DNA of 64,000 nucleotides from Patellaria atrata CBS 101060 (taxonomy: Eukaryota). Positions 36,553-49,573 of this stretch are shown here, one piece after another. A program made the position numbers and the translations under genes. The notes beneath the pieces were generated by a model. That model was not told the DNA's origin, ran no database searches, and was given only the letters and a program-made list of their open reading frames with translations. Location: NCBI GenBank assembly GCA_010093705.1, contig MU006114.1:62001-126000 (forward strand). The letters are read 5' to 3'. Every line of letters starts with the position of its first letter. Positions within the stretch are counted from its first letter, which is position 1.

Positions 36553-39500
36553 TCAGATAACGCACGGACGGGAATCGGCAGAATCGGATTCGAGTTGGAG
36601 TTTTGACTTCAAGAACTCCGCAACACCTTGATGACCCTTCCTCTCCACCAGAGACAACGCGGTATCGCCATCTTTGTCCTTAATTTCCAACTCGATACCG
36701 TCGCACTTATCAGCACCTCTATGATATTCTGGTAGCCCATTGTAGACGCAAAATGTAGAGGTGTTTGATCCCGGCCATCCCTCGCATTTACGTCAATGTC
36801 ACTTCGTGCGATGAGAATCTCGACAACTCTCTTGTAGCAACGTGCACCTGCCGCATGCAAGAGTTCCTCTGTGTCTTCTTCCCAGCCGATTAGGTCACAC
36901 TTGTTGAACGGGTTTTCGTAAAATTCCATGAACCCAACGTGATATGATTTCCATACATCACGGTCGCTCCATGCGGTTGCCAGATGCAATAATGTCCTTC
37001 CACGTCTATCTTTTGCGTTGATGTCGACGTCATAGCGTTCGACAAGTAGCTTCACTATCGGCTCGTAGTGTCGAACGAAAATTGATTTGAACAGTGTCAC
37101 CGGGTCCTCTTCCACTAAATCAGGGGGTATCGCTTCCCGATCAAAAAGCATCCAATCGGTATCTTCATCATCACTCCATGCAACCGCGAAGTGCAATGGC
37201 GTGTATCCATCCTCGCCTTTTTGAAGGTTAGGATCTACGTCGTCTCGTTCAAGAAGTATTCTTACGGCTTCAACGTATCTTTGTAATACCGCCTTGATAA
37301 GTGGTGTCTCAGCCCGTATGTGGGAAGTATGATTTACTTTGATCTCCGCCCTCGCAAGGAGTAATTGTATCAACGATCCCGCGTTATGTTCTTAGAATAC
37401 CGCCGCTGCTGATAATGCAGTTTCACCAGATTGATCAGTGGAGTTCACATCGATAGAGGGGTGCCCAAGGAGAAGCTTGATAATATTTATAAATCCGTTT
37501 TTTTTTACCGCCAGAGTCAGGGCTACCTCGCCCCAGCCGATCTCACCATTTATATCCAAGTTTACGTTCCCAATAAGGAGTTGTACACTCTTTTTACATC
37601 CTGTCCTTATTGCTACGTAAAGTACCGTGTAAGCGATCTCCCCTAGAGCGCTTATATTGCGATCTTCCCTCTCCACTAAAACTTTTATAAGCGGGTATTC
37701 GTCTTTCGGATTCCATTTCTCCACTGCAAGTACTACCGCGGTCCGTCCACAGGCACCGGATGGCGGAAATATATCGATATTCCTGTGTCCCATAAGAAGG
37801 TGACAAGCCGATGCTCGTCGGGATTCTATCGCCAAGTGAATTGGAGAGTTGCCGTATCGATCGATCTGGTTCACATCGGTCTCGTCCAGATCAAGTAGCA
37901 AGTTTAAAACATTTTCATTTTCATGCTACACAGTCCACGTAAGTGGTGTTCTTGACCATAGTCCATGGTGCGTATTCACAAGTTTGGAGATAGTTCTTCT
38001 ATCTGTAACAGGCTAGAGCCTAGTGGTATGAGCGCGCCCTGCATCCGAAGATCAGCCAGTAATATTTTCCTCAAACCTGCCTTCAGACTCTTCTCTTCTT
38101 CTTTATCTTGATTGTAGATAGCATCTGGACTAGATAGTTGGAACACAATTACTAGAGGCCGCTCACACTATCCGAGTCTGTGATTACTTTGTTTACGACC
38201 TGTGAAAGTCCGAAGAAAGCACTTGCGTTGAGAAGTGACCCAGATGGGAATGGTCTGATCAACTATACAACGTGTTCCCAGTCGTCTGCGAAATGTGTGA
38301 TGAAAAAGAGTGATCTATCATCTTCACATAGACGGGTTAAGGAGGAAAATAACTGTTCTTGAAAAGTGAATATGTGTTCTACCCAGTGCGTAATACTATA
38401 ACTCAGAAATTTATGCTGGTTATATATGCCCTTCAACTCTTTGAAATATTCATCGTCTAGTCCTCGGTTCAAAAGGGGTGGTCCTTTGAATTGAGGACTA
38501 TTAGTAGATATCTTAAGAGCATCAAAGCAGAGATAGGTAAGATAAGCCGCAGCTATATACTGCCTCGTCGGAAGCCACCTTGTTCGAACAGTTTCAAGAT
38601 ACTCTTGTGTCGTGTAATGGACCAAACGTACAATCTTGCTCTTTGGATCCTCTACCACAAGTCCAGCACAGGCCAGAGATAATGTCTTCGATGTCAGATA
38701 TATTATCTTCATCCAGTTCGTTGGTATCAAGCCGAATAGCTAATGCATGGCATAATTCTTCCGATCTCAGCGGCCTTAGCGCATACGTGATCCAGTAAAT
38801 AGCGTTTGTCGCGAGATCCCTTCTTTCCGGTGGTTGGAGGTCTATCCTCTCAATTGCGCTGTTGTATACTTGAGCCAAATCTTGGCCTTGTCGCTGGGAA
38901 TCATCCAGCGCCTCCTTTACGTTCTTTACATTCGTCTTGCCGCGAAGTGAAACAATTTGCAGATGAGCAAGCAGAAACATACGAGAACTGTTAGCTTTAG
39001 TCTCTTTGATAGTTTGCTCTGGGTGACAGACATTCCATCTACCGCTGTTACTATCCTATTCTAGATGACTTGTTGTAGTTCTTCGCTATTTCTAATGAAT
39101 TTAGGAAGATACTTTATCTTGCTAGCTACATAACGTCTTACATCGTCATCGCTTGCCTCCAGTTCGAGAATGCAGTCCTGATCGAAATTTTCTAAGATAT
39201 ACTGAATATTTCTCGAAGTGGCCATGATACGTAGATTCACCTTAGTTTGAATGTCGCGTAACACATCTAAAAGGTCCTGATAATCAGCACATTCATATAA
39301 AGCGTCAACAACCACGAAAATTTTTGAAAATTTCCCAAGGACAGCGCATAGAATTATAACGATCTCCTTGAGCGCAAATCGCGTCCCATTGAGATCATGC
39401 TTTCTGTGGAGATCTGGGGCGGCTTGAAATATCGTCGCATGGCCCCGAATTCACTGCTTGAAGAGAGCTGCCAGTAATCGGAAAATAGTCTGTTCTTCGG

Positions 39501-40660
39501 TACGCTTGTAATTACAGTATAGGTATGTAACAGCAACCTTGTTTTCGTGATGTTTAAATTCGTTGTGTAGATGATCAACCACAACAGCTGCTGTTATTGT
39601 CTTTCCTGCTCGTGGAATGCGTTGACAAAGTATTTCTCTCTTTGATCCCTCCACGCAGTCGGAAAATTCGGGCCTGTGGAGGATTCATGTACCTGTTTCA
39701 GCTAACCGTTGGGTAATGATGTCGGAATGCTGGGCTGGATAGTCACTTTTTGATATCCAATTCAGAAGCCGTTCGCGTTTTTCATCGTCTAAACCAGTCT
39801 GAATAGTTTCGACATGTGCTTTTACAGCAGACTGGGAGTTGTTTATAGCATTTACTCGATCGGCGATGGCATGCTCTGTGTCATTCATAGAGACTATGTG
39901 GTCCCTTATCACTTGAGACAATTTACTATGGATATTAGTGAAAGGTAGTATGTATCGTGATTGGCGTTTTCTCTTCTGATGGCGCATGGTAAGGGAGGAG
40001 ATACGGGGTCAAACTTACAAATGATCTCTTTGTAAAGCAATCTGAACAACCGACTTCGTCCGTTCTAATCTTTCTCGCAAGTACACAATATTATTATTCT
40101 TCCACATCCATTTGAAAGCATCCAGTTTACTTTCACGTCCACCTCCACTGGAGGAGCAACAATACAATTCTTCTTACACAGTTTTGTGCTGATCTAGTGG
40201 TCGATTGGAACCGAAGAGCCGCTTGACGCTAGTAAAACCTGCAAACATCCTTAAATCAGACATGTTCACATCTGACACTCTTCGGTTGTTTTCCCGCTTG
40301 CTAAACTTTCACGGGTGGATGCTCAAAACTTAGATCTGATGGCTGTTTTCAGACGTACGGTGCAGGCATTGTAAAGTCTGATCCAATACGTTCAGTGAAG
40401 CCAGAGTCCGTCCGTGAAGCAACCGTTTAGCAACTAAGAGGGTCAAGGTAAGAGGATGATTAGATATTTCTAACATACCATTCCTCGTCTTTATCCTTTC
40501 CCTCGACAGTATCCTTTACCTCCACCAGTAACTCCTTCAAACTCCTTGCTTCCTAGAAGCATGCTTGACATTCTTTCGGGATGTCCTTCAAGTCTCTTAG
40601 GAAAGTCACTACTTTCCGCGTGAGATCAATAACGGATAAGATACTGCCGAGTGGATCCAT
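36553..40660 (-). pseudogene. Fungal NLR-like STAND pseudogene: HeLo-like/SesA-type N-terminus - NACHT - winged helix - ankyrin repeats
   Basis: MDPLGSILSVIDLTRKVVTFLRDLKDIPK start at 40660; LLNWISKSDYPAQHSDII; decayed P-loop LCQRIPRAGKT; VTYLYCNYK; Walker B VVDALYEC; IMATSR; MFLLAHLQ; WITYALRPLRSEELCHALA; CAGLVVED..VRLVHYTTQEYL; many ankyrin units (GETALSAAA, GYTPLHFAV, GRTLLHLAT, DQTPLHFAS). At least seven fragments separated by stops and frameshifts. Confidence 0.9.
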
Positions 40661-42167
40661 GATGGGTGGATAGTCGAAGTTTTCTTACTATAGATATCAA
40701 TAGAGGGGGGAAAAGGACAGGCTGGGAGATGGAATGGGAAAGAAAGCAAACGTATTCTATGCGGGGTAAAAGAAAATGTATACTCCCGTCCTGTTGCACC
40801 GACAGAATTTATTCATGCTGAGAGGACAAGGGTGGAAGACTACATTTGAGACGTACAACGAGTAAAGAAGGGAGCAAAAACGCCCTACGCGGGGAGAATA
40901 GGGATACATAGTTGGTGTCTCGTTGCACTGGTGTAACTCATCCTCTCAGAAAGCAGTATCACAGCAGATACACGGAGGGGTGACAGATTGCCTCCATTGA
41001 TGCTTACATGTTGGATGATTATTGGATTAGACTGACCGTCACTGACCCTCTCTAGGTTCACTCCCAACCCAACCGCTCGGTATGACCATTTCCTCCCAGG
41101 GAATTTAGCCACATGCTCGGAAAGGAGTTATCTAATAAGAGAAATGCATATGACCAATAGCGAAGACGGAAGATGTAAGTCTAGATTGTGCGTGAGAAAA
41201 AGAGAAAACGTCAGACTCGGCCAAGACGAATAGGAGGAAGGAGATGTTAGATAGAGATGACTGTCTATTTTAGTAAACTTAAAGGACCTGCCCTGGCATC
41301 TAGTCGAGAATAGCTAAGGCACCTTATAAGAACACCTCACCAATATACTGATTATAATGAGTATTACCGCTCCAGTTGAAAGTGGATAGGATTCTCAATT
41401 TTGCATACGGCCAGGAAACGCGTGCTTATGAAAGGTAACTTATATGCAGCCGAGCTAGGAAAACCTGTACAGTACAGTATAACGTGCTGATAATACTCAC
41501 CTGTCAGCGTGATACACGGCGTAATCGGTTAAGCTGAGAGGGGGTGGGTATACAGTTCCTGTACCCAAACGGAGGGCGTGTGCTTATATGACTTAAGGGG
41601 CGTATGCGGACCGCTAGTCAACTGATACCTACCCTAACATTCTGAAATCGAGTAAATACTAGGACTATTTGGCCGGGCTCGATATTTGAACCATTAAAAG
41701 TTCCCCTTGCTCCCTTCTAAAAGCACTATATATCAAAGTTAGCGAAATTGTCACAGCACTGGAGGTATACTTTGAAACTTACATGTCGCTGTAAAGCCCT
41801 TTAGTAGGCGCCCCATCACTACCGTAAATCGTACACTAAAAACGAAAGCAACATGAAAGTTCGAAGGTTTCATTGCTACCAAACCATCGACCACCCCTCT
41901 CCTCTATCATAATTACACCCCCATCCCATCCCATCTCCATATCACGATGCCAAATCCAAACCTCAAATCATATGTATGCGCACCCCACAAAAAAAAAACC
42001 CCCCAGCTATGCTGCAAAAAAGAACTTTTATCGTTGCTTCATAGTTCCGAACTCAAAACAAAAAAGGGGAAAAGAACAACTGACAAATGGTATCATACTG
42101 ATTCAAGCAGAAAACAAGACCCAAGATGACTAGACATACACACCACGCCCTCCCTCTTTTATGTTTA

Positions 42168-44824
42168 CTAATCCCTATTTATGACTCGCAAGCTCCTTCT
42201 CGGGTTCAGTAACACACCCTTCGTGCCCCAGAACGACGGTTCTTGGCCCGCGAGTAAGTCATCCGTGCTACTACCCGCACTGCTCCTTCTGCCTTCCGGA
42301 TAGACGGGATTGGCGCCGGGCACTGCACCCGCACCTAGTGTTGGTACAGCGGGGATGCCGCTGCCACCGCCCCCACCAACTGCCGAGGGGCCGGCACCGT
42401 GACTCGTGCCTGGTGCGGATGAAGTCGTCGTGCTGGCGGCTCGTTGATTATCCGAAGAGGTCTTGTTGGATGAGGAGCCGACCGGGAGGACAAAGGCTTC
42501 TTTCTCCGCTCTGGTGGGATCGTTGGCGGCGCGTTGGGCTTGTGCCACGTGGTTCTTGTAAAGTAGGAGTTGTTTTCTGTAAACCCAGGCGCAGAAGGCG
42601 AAGTAAATGGCAATTAGGAAGAAGATTCCTGCGACAACACCGGCAACGATGGCGCCGACGTTGGTACCGCTTCTGCCTGAGGAAGTGCTAGCAGGAACTC
42701 CAGTGACTTCCGTGACGACGGCACCATTTGGACCCGTAACGGTATAAGTAATCGGCTTACCCGTAGCGAGCGGTCCTTCGCTAGGTTCATTCACAGGAGC
42801 TGTGATGGTGGCTCCACCAGTTGGCCCGCCACCGATCGCTGAGATAACAGGAGCTGGTACTTCATACCCATATGAACCTTCAAGACCAGCATCAGAGTCG
42901 GCACCAAGCTGAGACATCTGCTGAGAAAAGGGATTGGCGTCCTCTTCACCTGGATTTGCATCATCGTTGTCGTTGTTTCTTCCCCTGGACAGAGCTTTGA
43001 AGGAGGTGCCCCATTGCAAGGATGACATGTTGAAGACGTATATGCCTGGAGACTCGCAAGTCAACTCATCCCCAACATACCCACCAAGAACAATCATTTG
43101 ACCATCCCACACGCTACAACTGTGACCTGCGCGTTCATAAGGGATTGATTGGTCGGACTGGTCTACCTCAATCCAGGTAAAAGATGGGACGGAAAGGATC
43201 CACATATCGTTCATCTGAATCTGTTCTTGGTATGGTACGAGGTTCTGACCACCAAACATGTAGACATTGTAGGATGAACCACTATAAAAGAGTTAGTATG
43301 CGTGTAAGAGGAACAATGGGATACTAACTCCGCAGCGGCAGCAACTACTGCACAGGGGTTTACCCGGTACTTGGGAGTTTTGCCAGTAGTGGCTTGTTTA
43401 TACCACGTCGATGTAGCGATGTCAAAAACGTCAATGACGTTCATTTGGGTCTATTGCACCAGGGATCAGTACTACGTATTTCAAATGCCGAGCTGATGAG
43501 ACTCACGAAAGTGGCATTCGTCCCACCAGCAAGACCTAGCAAGATACCTTCAGCTCCAAAACCGGGCACATAGACTAAGATTCCATCAGCTCTCTCGGTG
43601 AACCCTACGCTCTCTTGAAGACCACCTTCGGTGATATTTCTCCATACACCGGACTCGCCCGCAGCCTGGCCGTCAGACAATGACTCGACAGCTGCATTCG
43701 TAGCGCCAGGGAAGGTGAATTCAACCATACTCTTCAAGTAAATCCTAGCGACTTGTCTTGACCATCCTTCTGTGGTTAGAAAGTCTTGGTGTCCCCCAAA
43801 ATACCACCCTCGGCCAAGAGATGCGACATTAAAGCCTGCACCCTCTGCTGAACGTTGGACGGGTTGCCCGTCTCTCACAGCGTTTGTGCCTGCAGAGGTT
43901 TCAGGGTTCTTGTGCTCAATCCAACGAGAATCGTGAATATTGTATTCCCACAGTGAGAACGCGGTAGGTAATTCTTCCGGTGCCTCTGAGAATTCACCAC
44001 CGTAGAGAAACAGAGAGGTACGAGAGTTCCAAAGGTAACCATTCGCTACTGCTGGAGGTCCGGAAGGTTGGGGTAGGCCTGAAACCGCAGGACCCGAGAT
44101 TTCCCAATCCGTGGTCAAATCGTACGTGATGAAATCGTTGGCTATGGTTGATTTAGAAGGTTTCTCATCAGTCGAAAGAGGAAGTACATACTCCAAGTGT
44201 CTGTATCTTGATTCTCCCGAAAGCTTCTTCGTCCTCCATAAACGTACATGGTTCCATTCACAATTGCAGCTATAAATCATTAGTCCTAATCTAACCTTAT
44301 CTTTAGGTAGAGGTACCTTGATGGCTCCATCTATGGCATACATCCGTTGCACTATCACTTCTCCTCGCCAACGGTGCACTTAAAGTTCTCGATCCTCGTT
44401 GTTCATGTCTAATAACACCCCCCTTTGCTCCGAACGGTATGTGTCCATCCCCACCTAACAACGGAGTATTGTGTAAAATTGGTACGATTATGGCCAAAAA
44501 TATTGCTAGCAACGTCAATCTGGAAAGTCTCGACGCGCTGGTATATGGATATGGCATTGTCGCCATGTCTTCTGTTTGATCGTTGCTGTTGAACGAGTCT
44601 GTATCACTATCGATATCCTCCCATTCGTGCTCGTGATCCTCAACCGGACCCAATATGTCTGGTTTGCTCCGAAACCTTACTCTTAACAGAGGTCTCTTTA
44701 AGCGAGCAGCGGGGATGGCTTGTATATTCGATTCGTCTTCGATGAGTCCAACTTCGGCAAATACAGATTTTCGACGTGGTCTGGGGATTTCGGAGGAATT
44801 GTGAGAATCGTGAAACGGTTCCAT
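42168..44824 (-). CDS. Kelch-repeat membrane protein (N-terminal hydrophobic helix, kelch ectodomain, C-terminal TM and cytosolic tail)
   Basis: Introns 44316-44270, 44191-44142, 43506-43451, 43328-43282 give CHRWSHQ|AAIVNGTMYVYGG..W|TNDF..LFLYGG..GWYFGG..|TQMNVIDVFDI..|DGSSYNVYMFGG..RAGHSC..MIVLGG. TM VGAIVAGVVAGIFFLIAIYFAFCAWVY; ends LLNPRRSLRVINRD. Confidence 0.88.
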
Positions 44825-46555
44825 GGTGAAGAAGAGGAGTTTGGGAGTCTAGAACTAGGGAACCGATCGGTGAATACGAAGTTACTGGTGTGTAGAAGCG
44901 TGGATGTAGTGCAGCCGCAGTGCAGATACGAATTGAAGGGTCAGAATAGGGACTTTTGCTTTAGTTTTGGGAGGTGCGGGTGCGCGTGGATGGCAGTTCT
45001 ACGGGACGTATGTGGCGACGGGAAAGGAGGATAAGCTATGTATAGAATCAATCATACGAGATTCTCAATGACAAACAATCGCAAAAAGTGCATCACGACA
45101 GATTTCAATGTGACAGAGAGGAGTTCAAAGATGACGGAGAAAGTAAAGAGAATTCGATTTGGTAATATGGTGATAATATGTTCGATGCCTGCTCGATGCC
45201 TGCTCTTGCCCTGACGACGCTGGCCGTGGTTCATCAATCGTCTCACAGTCGAGCTCAATCAAGGACAGCACCACGCGCATGGGTCGTAAATTCGAACGTC
45301 ATTTTGCGGCTCGATTGGGAAGGGATGAGAGACCGAAACGAATTAGCACAACGGAGGAAGGCGCCACCGAAGCCAACCATGAATCCGTGCACTCTTGGCT
45401 GCTTCCCAACCTCTGGCCGACTTTCAAATCCTCGAGCCGTCCAACGCCGGCTTGATAGTGATACTTCCGTACGGAGGTACAGTAGAAAAAGAACGGCGAC
45501 AACAAGCCAGCAACATCTGCACAGCCTAAATAAGTTCAACCTGCTAAAGCAACAAAACCGAACGTAATTAACCTTAACGATCCAATCGCCAAATGTCATT
45601 TAACGACTGACAGTTCTGACAGCCAATAAATACAACTCAATAATACCTGTCGGTCCTCATGTCCACTTTAGGGCAAAGCCGAGCTTGAGAAATATCACAG
45701 GGGAAATCCATAGAAGGTCCCCAAACCCCCGTGACGTGTGCCTGACATCTATCCACTTTTCACCCCGCATGCCATCAACATCGTCGATCCGCTTCGCCTA
45801 TATGAGTGTTGGAACGGGATGAATGATATACTGTAAACGGCAGAGCATAACCATACTTGTAAACTTATGCTAGAATCATCTTCAACGTGAATAAGCATCA
45901 AATTCCATCTGGAAGCACATGGACTAGAACTATATCGAAAATTACATGAGAAAAGTATTTAGAGAACTTTGATACCGTAGTCAGCCTGGAACAACCCCGC
46001 TCTTGTACTGGTTCAACGTGCACCCGTTCGAAGATCAATACGTGGCGGTGCACTTGTCTCGAAGCGGAGTGGCTAGAGTATATATCGTGGCGTTGCGGGT
46101 GGTTGAAATTCCGGACGGGATATGTTAAGGTAAGGTTGGTATTTCAAGGGTTCAGATCGATCAGACATCGGTTCACTACCGAGTGCAGATCATCAACATA
46201 GAGATTGGGGGTCTTAAAAGGATTGGTGAGATTGTGAAAAGCTACACGTGCTACGCTACCGATACAACAACTGCCACTTACCGGCCACATTCAACTCCAG
46301 CACCCTGATCTAACTCTGACTATATACCCCAATAATTATGGACAAGTACAAAGTACCTATTCTGCGGATAAGCGTCCAAAATCCGTACCAATGCTGTCTG
46401 GACGGCAACGGTGTGTAAACACCATGATACCCTAGGTAAGCACAACCGGACTCCCGCTATCCAAAATGAGAGACTAAAGGACGAAAAACAGGTCGTGTAA
46501 ACGCTACGCAGTAGCAAATCGAAGAAGATTTTTGATGCTGATCATATGGATGGTT

Positions 46556-49500
46556 CTATCTCCAGCGCCGGCGCTCGTCTGTCGTCGTCCCCAAACTTGA
46601 CTTTCTTCCACCAGTGCTAGTCGTCCTCTCACCTAATGATGGCTTGCCCGTTTTAGGTTGAGGTAACATGCTGCTCCTCCTTCCACTAGCCAGCGCACTA
46701 ACCGGTCTCGTGGCTTTTGGTCTTGCTGAGGGGCTATCATTTGCAGCATCTTCTCCAAGGAAAGGTTCTAGAAACGCACTTGTGCGCCTACTATTTCCGG
46801 AAGTGGCAACAGCTGGGGTCGATTGGGTCGAAGTAAGACGCGGGGACACGAGTTTGGAGGGTGTTTGTGGAGAACCGTAAATGGATCGGCGGTGCGGTGC
46901 AGAACCTGGTGTTGTGGAAGCCGGTCGCGAGTTTCCTGTCGGGGTAGCTGATCCAGACTCTTTACCTAGGGGACTAGGACGAGGGATGGAAGAGATAGAG
47001 GAGACTGAACGTAACGTACGGTCGCGAGGGGATGAAGGCGAGGGTGGATAATGATGTCCGACGACTGTACCATTCATGTTTTTGCATGCGTTCCAACGAG
47101 GTTTGGGCCCCTTCTTTTCCGAAGAGGGAGAGGGCGAGGAGCGGCCTAGATGAGACGGTGTTGGAGAGGATGGTAATCGGGAGGGAGGAGAGAATTCGCT
47201 GGCGCTGAATCTGGAAACGAGTGTCTTTCGGGGCTGGCGATCAGCGCTCCCGGAAGCTACTGGGAGACTTGAATATCTCCTATTCGTAGTTGATTGCGAC
47301 CTGGAGCCACTGGCAAAACTACCCTGTCGGCTCTTGCTACCATAGGGAGTTGATAGACCCTGCTCGCTGCTCTTGCGACTCATCAGTATCACAGAAGAAG
47401 CTGGAGAACTACCCGGTGTCTCCACCGCGCTACTTCCTATGGAACGGTCTGTCAAAATAGTCGATATAGATTCCCGTAGTTGTTGGTTTCGGCTTGCCGT
47501 AATTTCTTCCACTGCGGAATCAAGCTCCTTTATTTCTGCTTCCAATTCTGCCCATTTCCGCCGCATATCAGACTGTAGCCTGAGCACTTCACCGTTGACT
47601 GTTAAGCGGTCTTTGATACCCTTATCAATGATATTCAAGACTCGCTCGACAGCCGGGCCGTAATGCATCTTCTTAGCTTCATAATTCTCAATCTTCTTTG
47701 CCGCTACCGGCAAATTGGTAATGTACTCGCCGTTGTCGATAGACTCCCGAAGTTTCACGATGCTTCTCCCGACGGACTCAGTCATCTTCAATGCTCCCCT
47801 GCCAGCATTCCTGAACACGCTCACCCACCGATCTTCCCCAAGCTCTTTGCGTAAAGATTCAGCATCGTTCTCAAGATTCATCATTTGATTCTCTAATTGT
47901 TCTTGTCTCTTAGCTAATTCTTCACATGCGGTTGGGAAGATTGGTTTCGCTCGTTGCTGAAAACTTGAAAGGCGCATCGGGAGGAAATCAAGGGATGCTC
48001 GTAACGGTTGCATACGCGCAAATAATCCAAGCAGATTAGAGTCCTCCTGTGCTACTTGGGTTGTTGGAGATTGAAGCGGAGAACCTACCGCGAAGGACGG
48101 AGGTAGACTGAACCGAGGGTTGACAGTAGTTCTAGCTTTTAAGATAGGAGCCTCCTCTACAATAGTTTCAAGGTCGCCGATATCGATGCTACTGCTAGGG
48201 TCTGTGGCTGACTCCATCACGACGCTTCGATGCCTTTGCTCTTCCATTTCGAAGACTAATCTGCTTAGGGAGTCCACTTCTAACCCAATTTCACCTAGCA
48301 CAGTGGACCATAGCTCTTCCCATTCCATTGCTATCTCTACTTGGCCTTTCACATCTTTCAATGTTTGCTTAATCTTTTGCCAATCTCTGAGTATCTCTTC
48401 CATGTGCTGAACATGTCCTTCAAGGTCTTCCTTAGGTACTTTGGCAACATCTTCTCTGGCTTGTAATTTTTCTATCGCAGTAACATAAACCTTGATTAGA
48501 GTTTCGAATCGGTTTATAGCGGCATCGACTTCTCCAAGGCCTTCCCTGCCACCATCTGCCGCCCATTCTACATCATCTTCAGCATCCAGGCCCTCGAGTA
48601 CCTCCGATGCCTTCCGTATCCACATACGAATTTGTCGTGCTGCATCACTTAGAGCCCGAGCGGCGGCAACCGTTGGTATAGTTGAAAGACTAGTGGAAAG
48701 TGATGATGCATCGGGTAATTGGATGGATGTCAGTTGCGACAGTTGACTTGTGAATGACACACGCGAGAGAGTGTATATAGAATTAGCTCGGGTAAGATTA
48801 TAAGGATTGAAGTATGACTCTACTTCGGTCGACTCTTCATATGAGGGCGCTTTGTCTTCAACATGTGAGGTCTGAGCGTCTGGAAGAGAGGGTGTATCTT
48901 TGGCTGGAGGAGTTGGAGGACGTTCCAAATAAGGAGAAGTATCCGACATCTCAGCTAGATCTCTTGAACTACCACAGGCCTTTCCAATGTCAGGTAGCCG
49001 ATATTTGAGCGGGTCATGCTCTAAAACATCAGGTTCTTCGCTATGATCAGAATCAGAGGCGACGATTCTCTCACTGGTGCTTATAATTGAAGAATGATCA
49101 CTTTCGTGTTCAATATGAGTCTCCATGCTCAATCGCGTTCCACTTTCTCCGGTGAGTTGAGGTGTGAGAATATAATGCGTGCCAGTCCAGGTTCGCCCTC
49201 TCCGCTGGATCCTTATTGAGTAGTCACGGTGTTGTTCATCTAACTTTCTTAATTCGGACTCTGGTATACGACCGATATCCTGTGCAGTCGTCGGGTTAGA
49301 CTGTTGTTGATTTGTGCTGTTCAGGAACTTCATGCGAGCCAACAAGCCCGGTGAAGGCTTTCGCAAAGTGCGCTGTCGCTGCACGCCTGTTCCAGTGGGA
49401 CTCCCTACCGGACTCGACTGTGTCAGAGTAGGGTCGCTACTGGACTGGGGAGTTGGGGAGGCGGGACTGCCACAAGAGCTCAGCCTGTGACCGTCATCCG

Positions 49501-49573
49501 CAACGAACGATTGTGGGGTCAATGGGGGTAATTGAGCCGTGGATTGTTGATTGAGTGATAGTTCCGTCGTCAT
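46556..49573 (-). CDS. KAR9: Kar9-family microtubule guidance/karyogamy protein (MigA-like)
   Basis: Intronless 1005 aa; SIYTLSRVSFTSQLSQLTSIQLPDA, LFARMQPLRASLDFLPMRL, LRKELGEDRWVSVFRNAG; coiled coils; basic Ser-rich tail with SxIP/SxLP motifs (SSIP, SMLP). Confidence 0.85.
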   Translation of the reverse strand: MTTELSLNQQSTAQLPPLTPQSFVADDGHRLSSCGSPASPTPQSSSDPTLTQSSPVGSPTGTGVQRQRTLRKPSPGLLARMKFLNSTNQQQSNPTTAQDIGRIPESELRKLDEQHRDYSIRIQRRGRTWTGTHYILTPQLTGESGTRLSMETHIEHESDHSSIISTSERIVASDSDHSEEPDVLEHDPLKYRLPDIGKACGSSRDLAEMSDTSPYLERPPTPPAKDTPSLPDAQTSHVEDKAPSYEESTEVESYFNPYNLTRANSIYTLSRVSFTSQLSQLTSIQLPDASSLSTSLSTIPTVAAARALSDAARQIRMWIRKASEVLEGLDAEDDVEWAADGGREGLGEVDAAINRFETLIKVYVTAIEKLQAREDVAKVPKEDLEGHVQHMEEILRDWQKIKQTLKDVKGQVEIAMEWEELWSTVLGEIGLEVDSLSRLVFEMEEQRHRSVVMESATDPSSSIDIGDLETIVEEAPILKARTTVNPRFSLPPSFAVGSPLQSPTTQVAQEDSNLLGLFARMQPLRASLDFLPMRLSSFQQRAKPIFPTACEELAKRQEQLENQMMNLENDAESLRKELGEDRWVSVFRNAGRGALKMTESVGRSIVKLRESIDNGEYITNLPVAAKKIENYEAKKMHYGPAVERVLNIIDKGIKDRLTVNGEVLRLQSDMRRKWAELEAEIKELDSAVEEITASRNQQLRESISTILTDRSIGSSAVETPGSSPASSVILMSRKSSEQGLSTPYGSKSRQGSFASGSRSQSTTNRRYSSLPVASGSADRQPRKTLVSRFSASEFSPPSRLPSSPTPSHLGRSSPSPSSEKKGPKPRWNACKNMNGTVVGHHYPPSPSSPRDRTLRSVSSISSIPRPSPLGKESGSATPTGNSRPASTTPGSAPHRRSIYGSPQTPSKLVSPRLTSTQSTPAVATSGNSRRTSAFLEPFLGEDAANDSPSARPKATRPVSALASGRRSSMLPQPKTGKPSLGERTTSTGGRKSSLGTTTDERRRWR

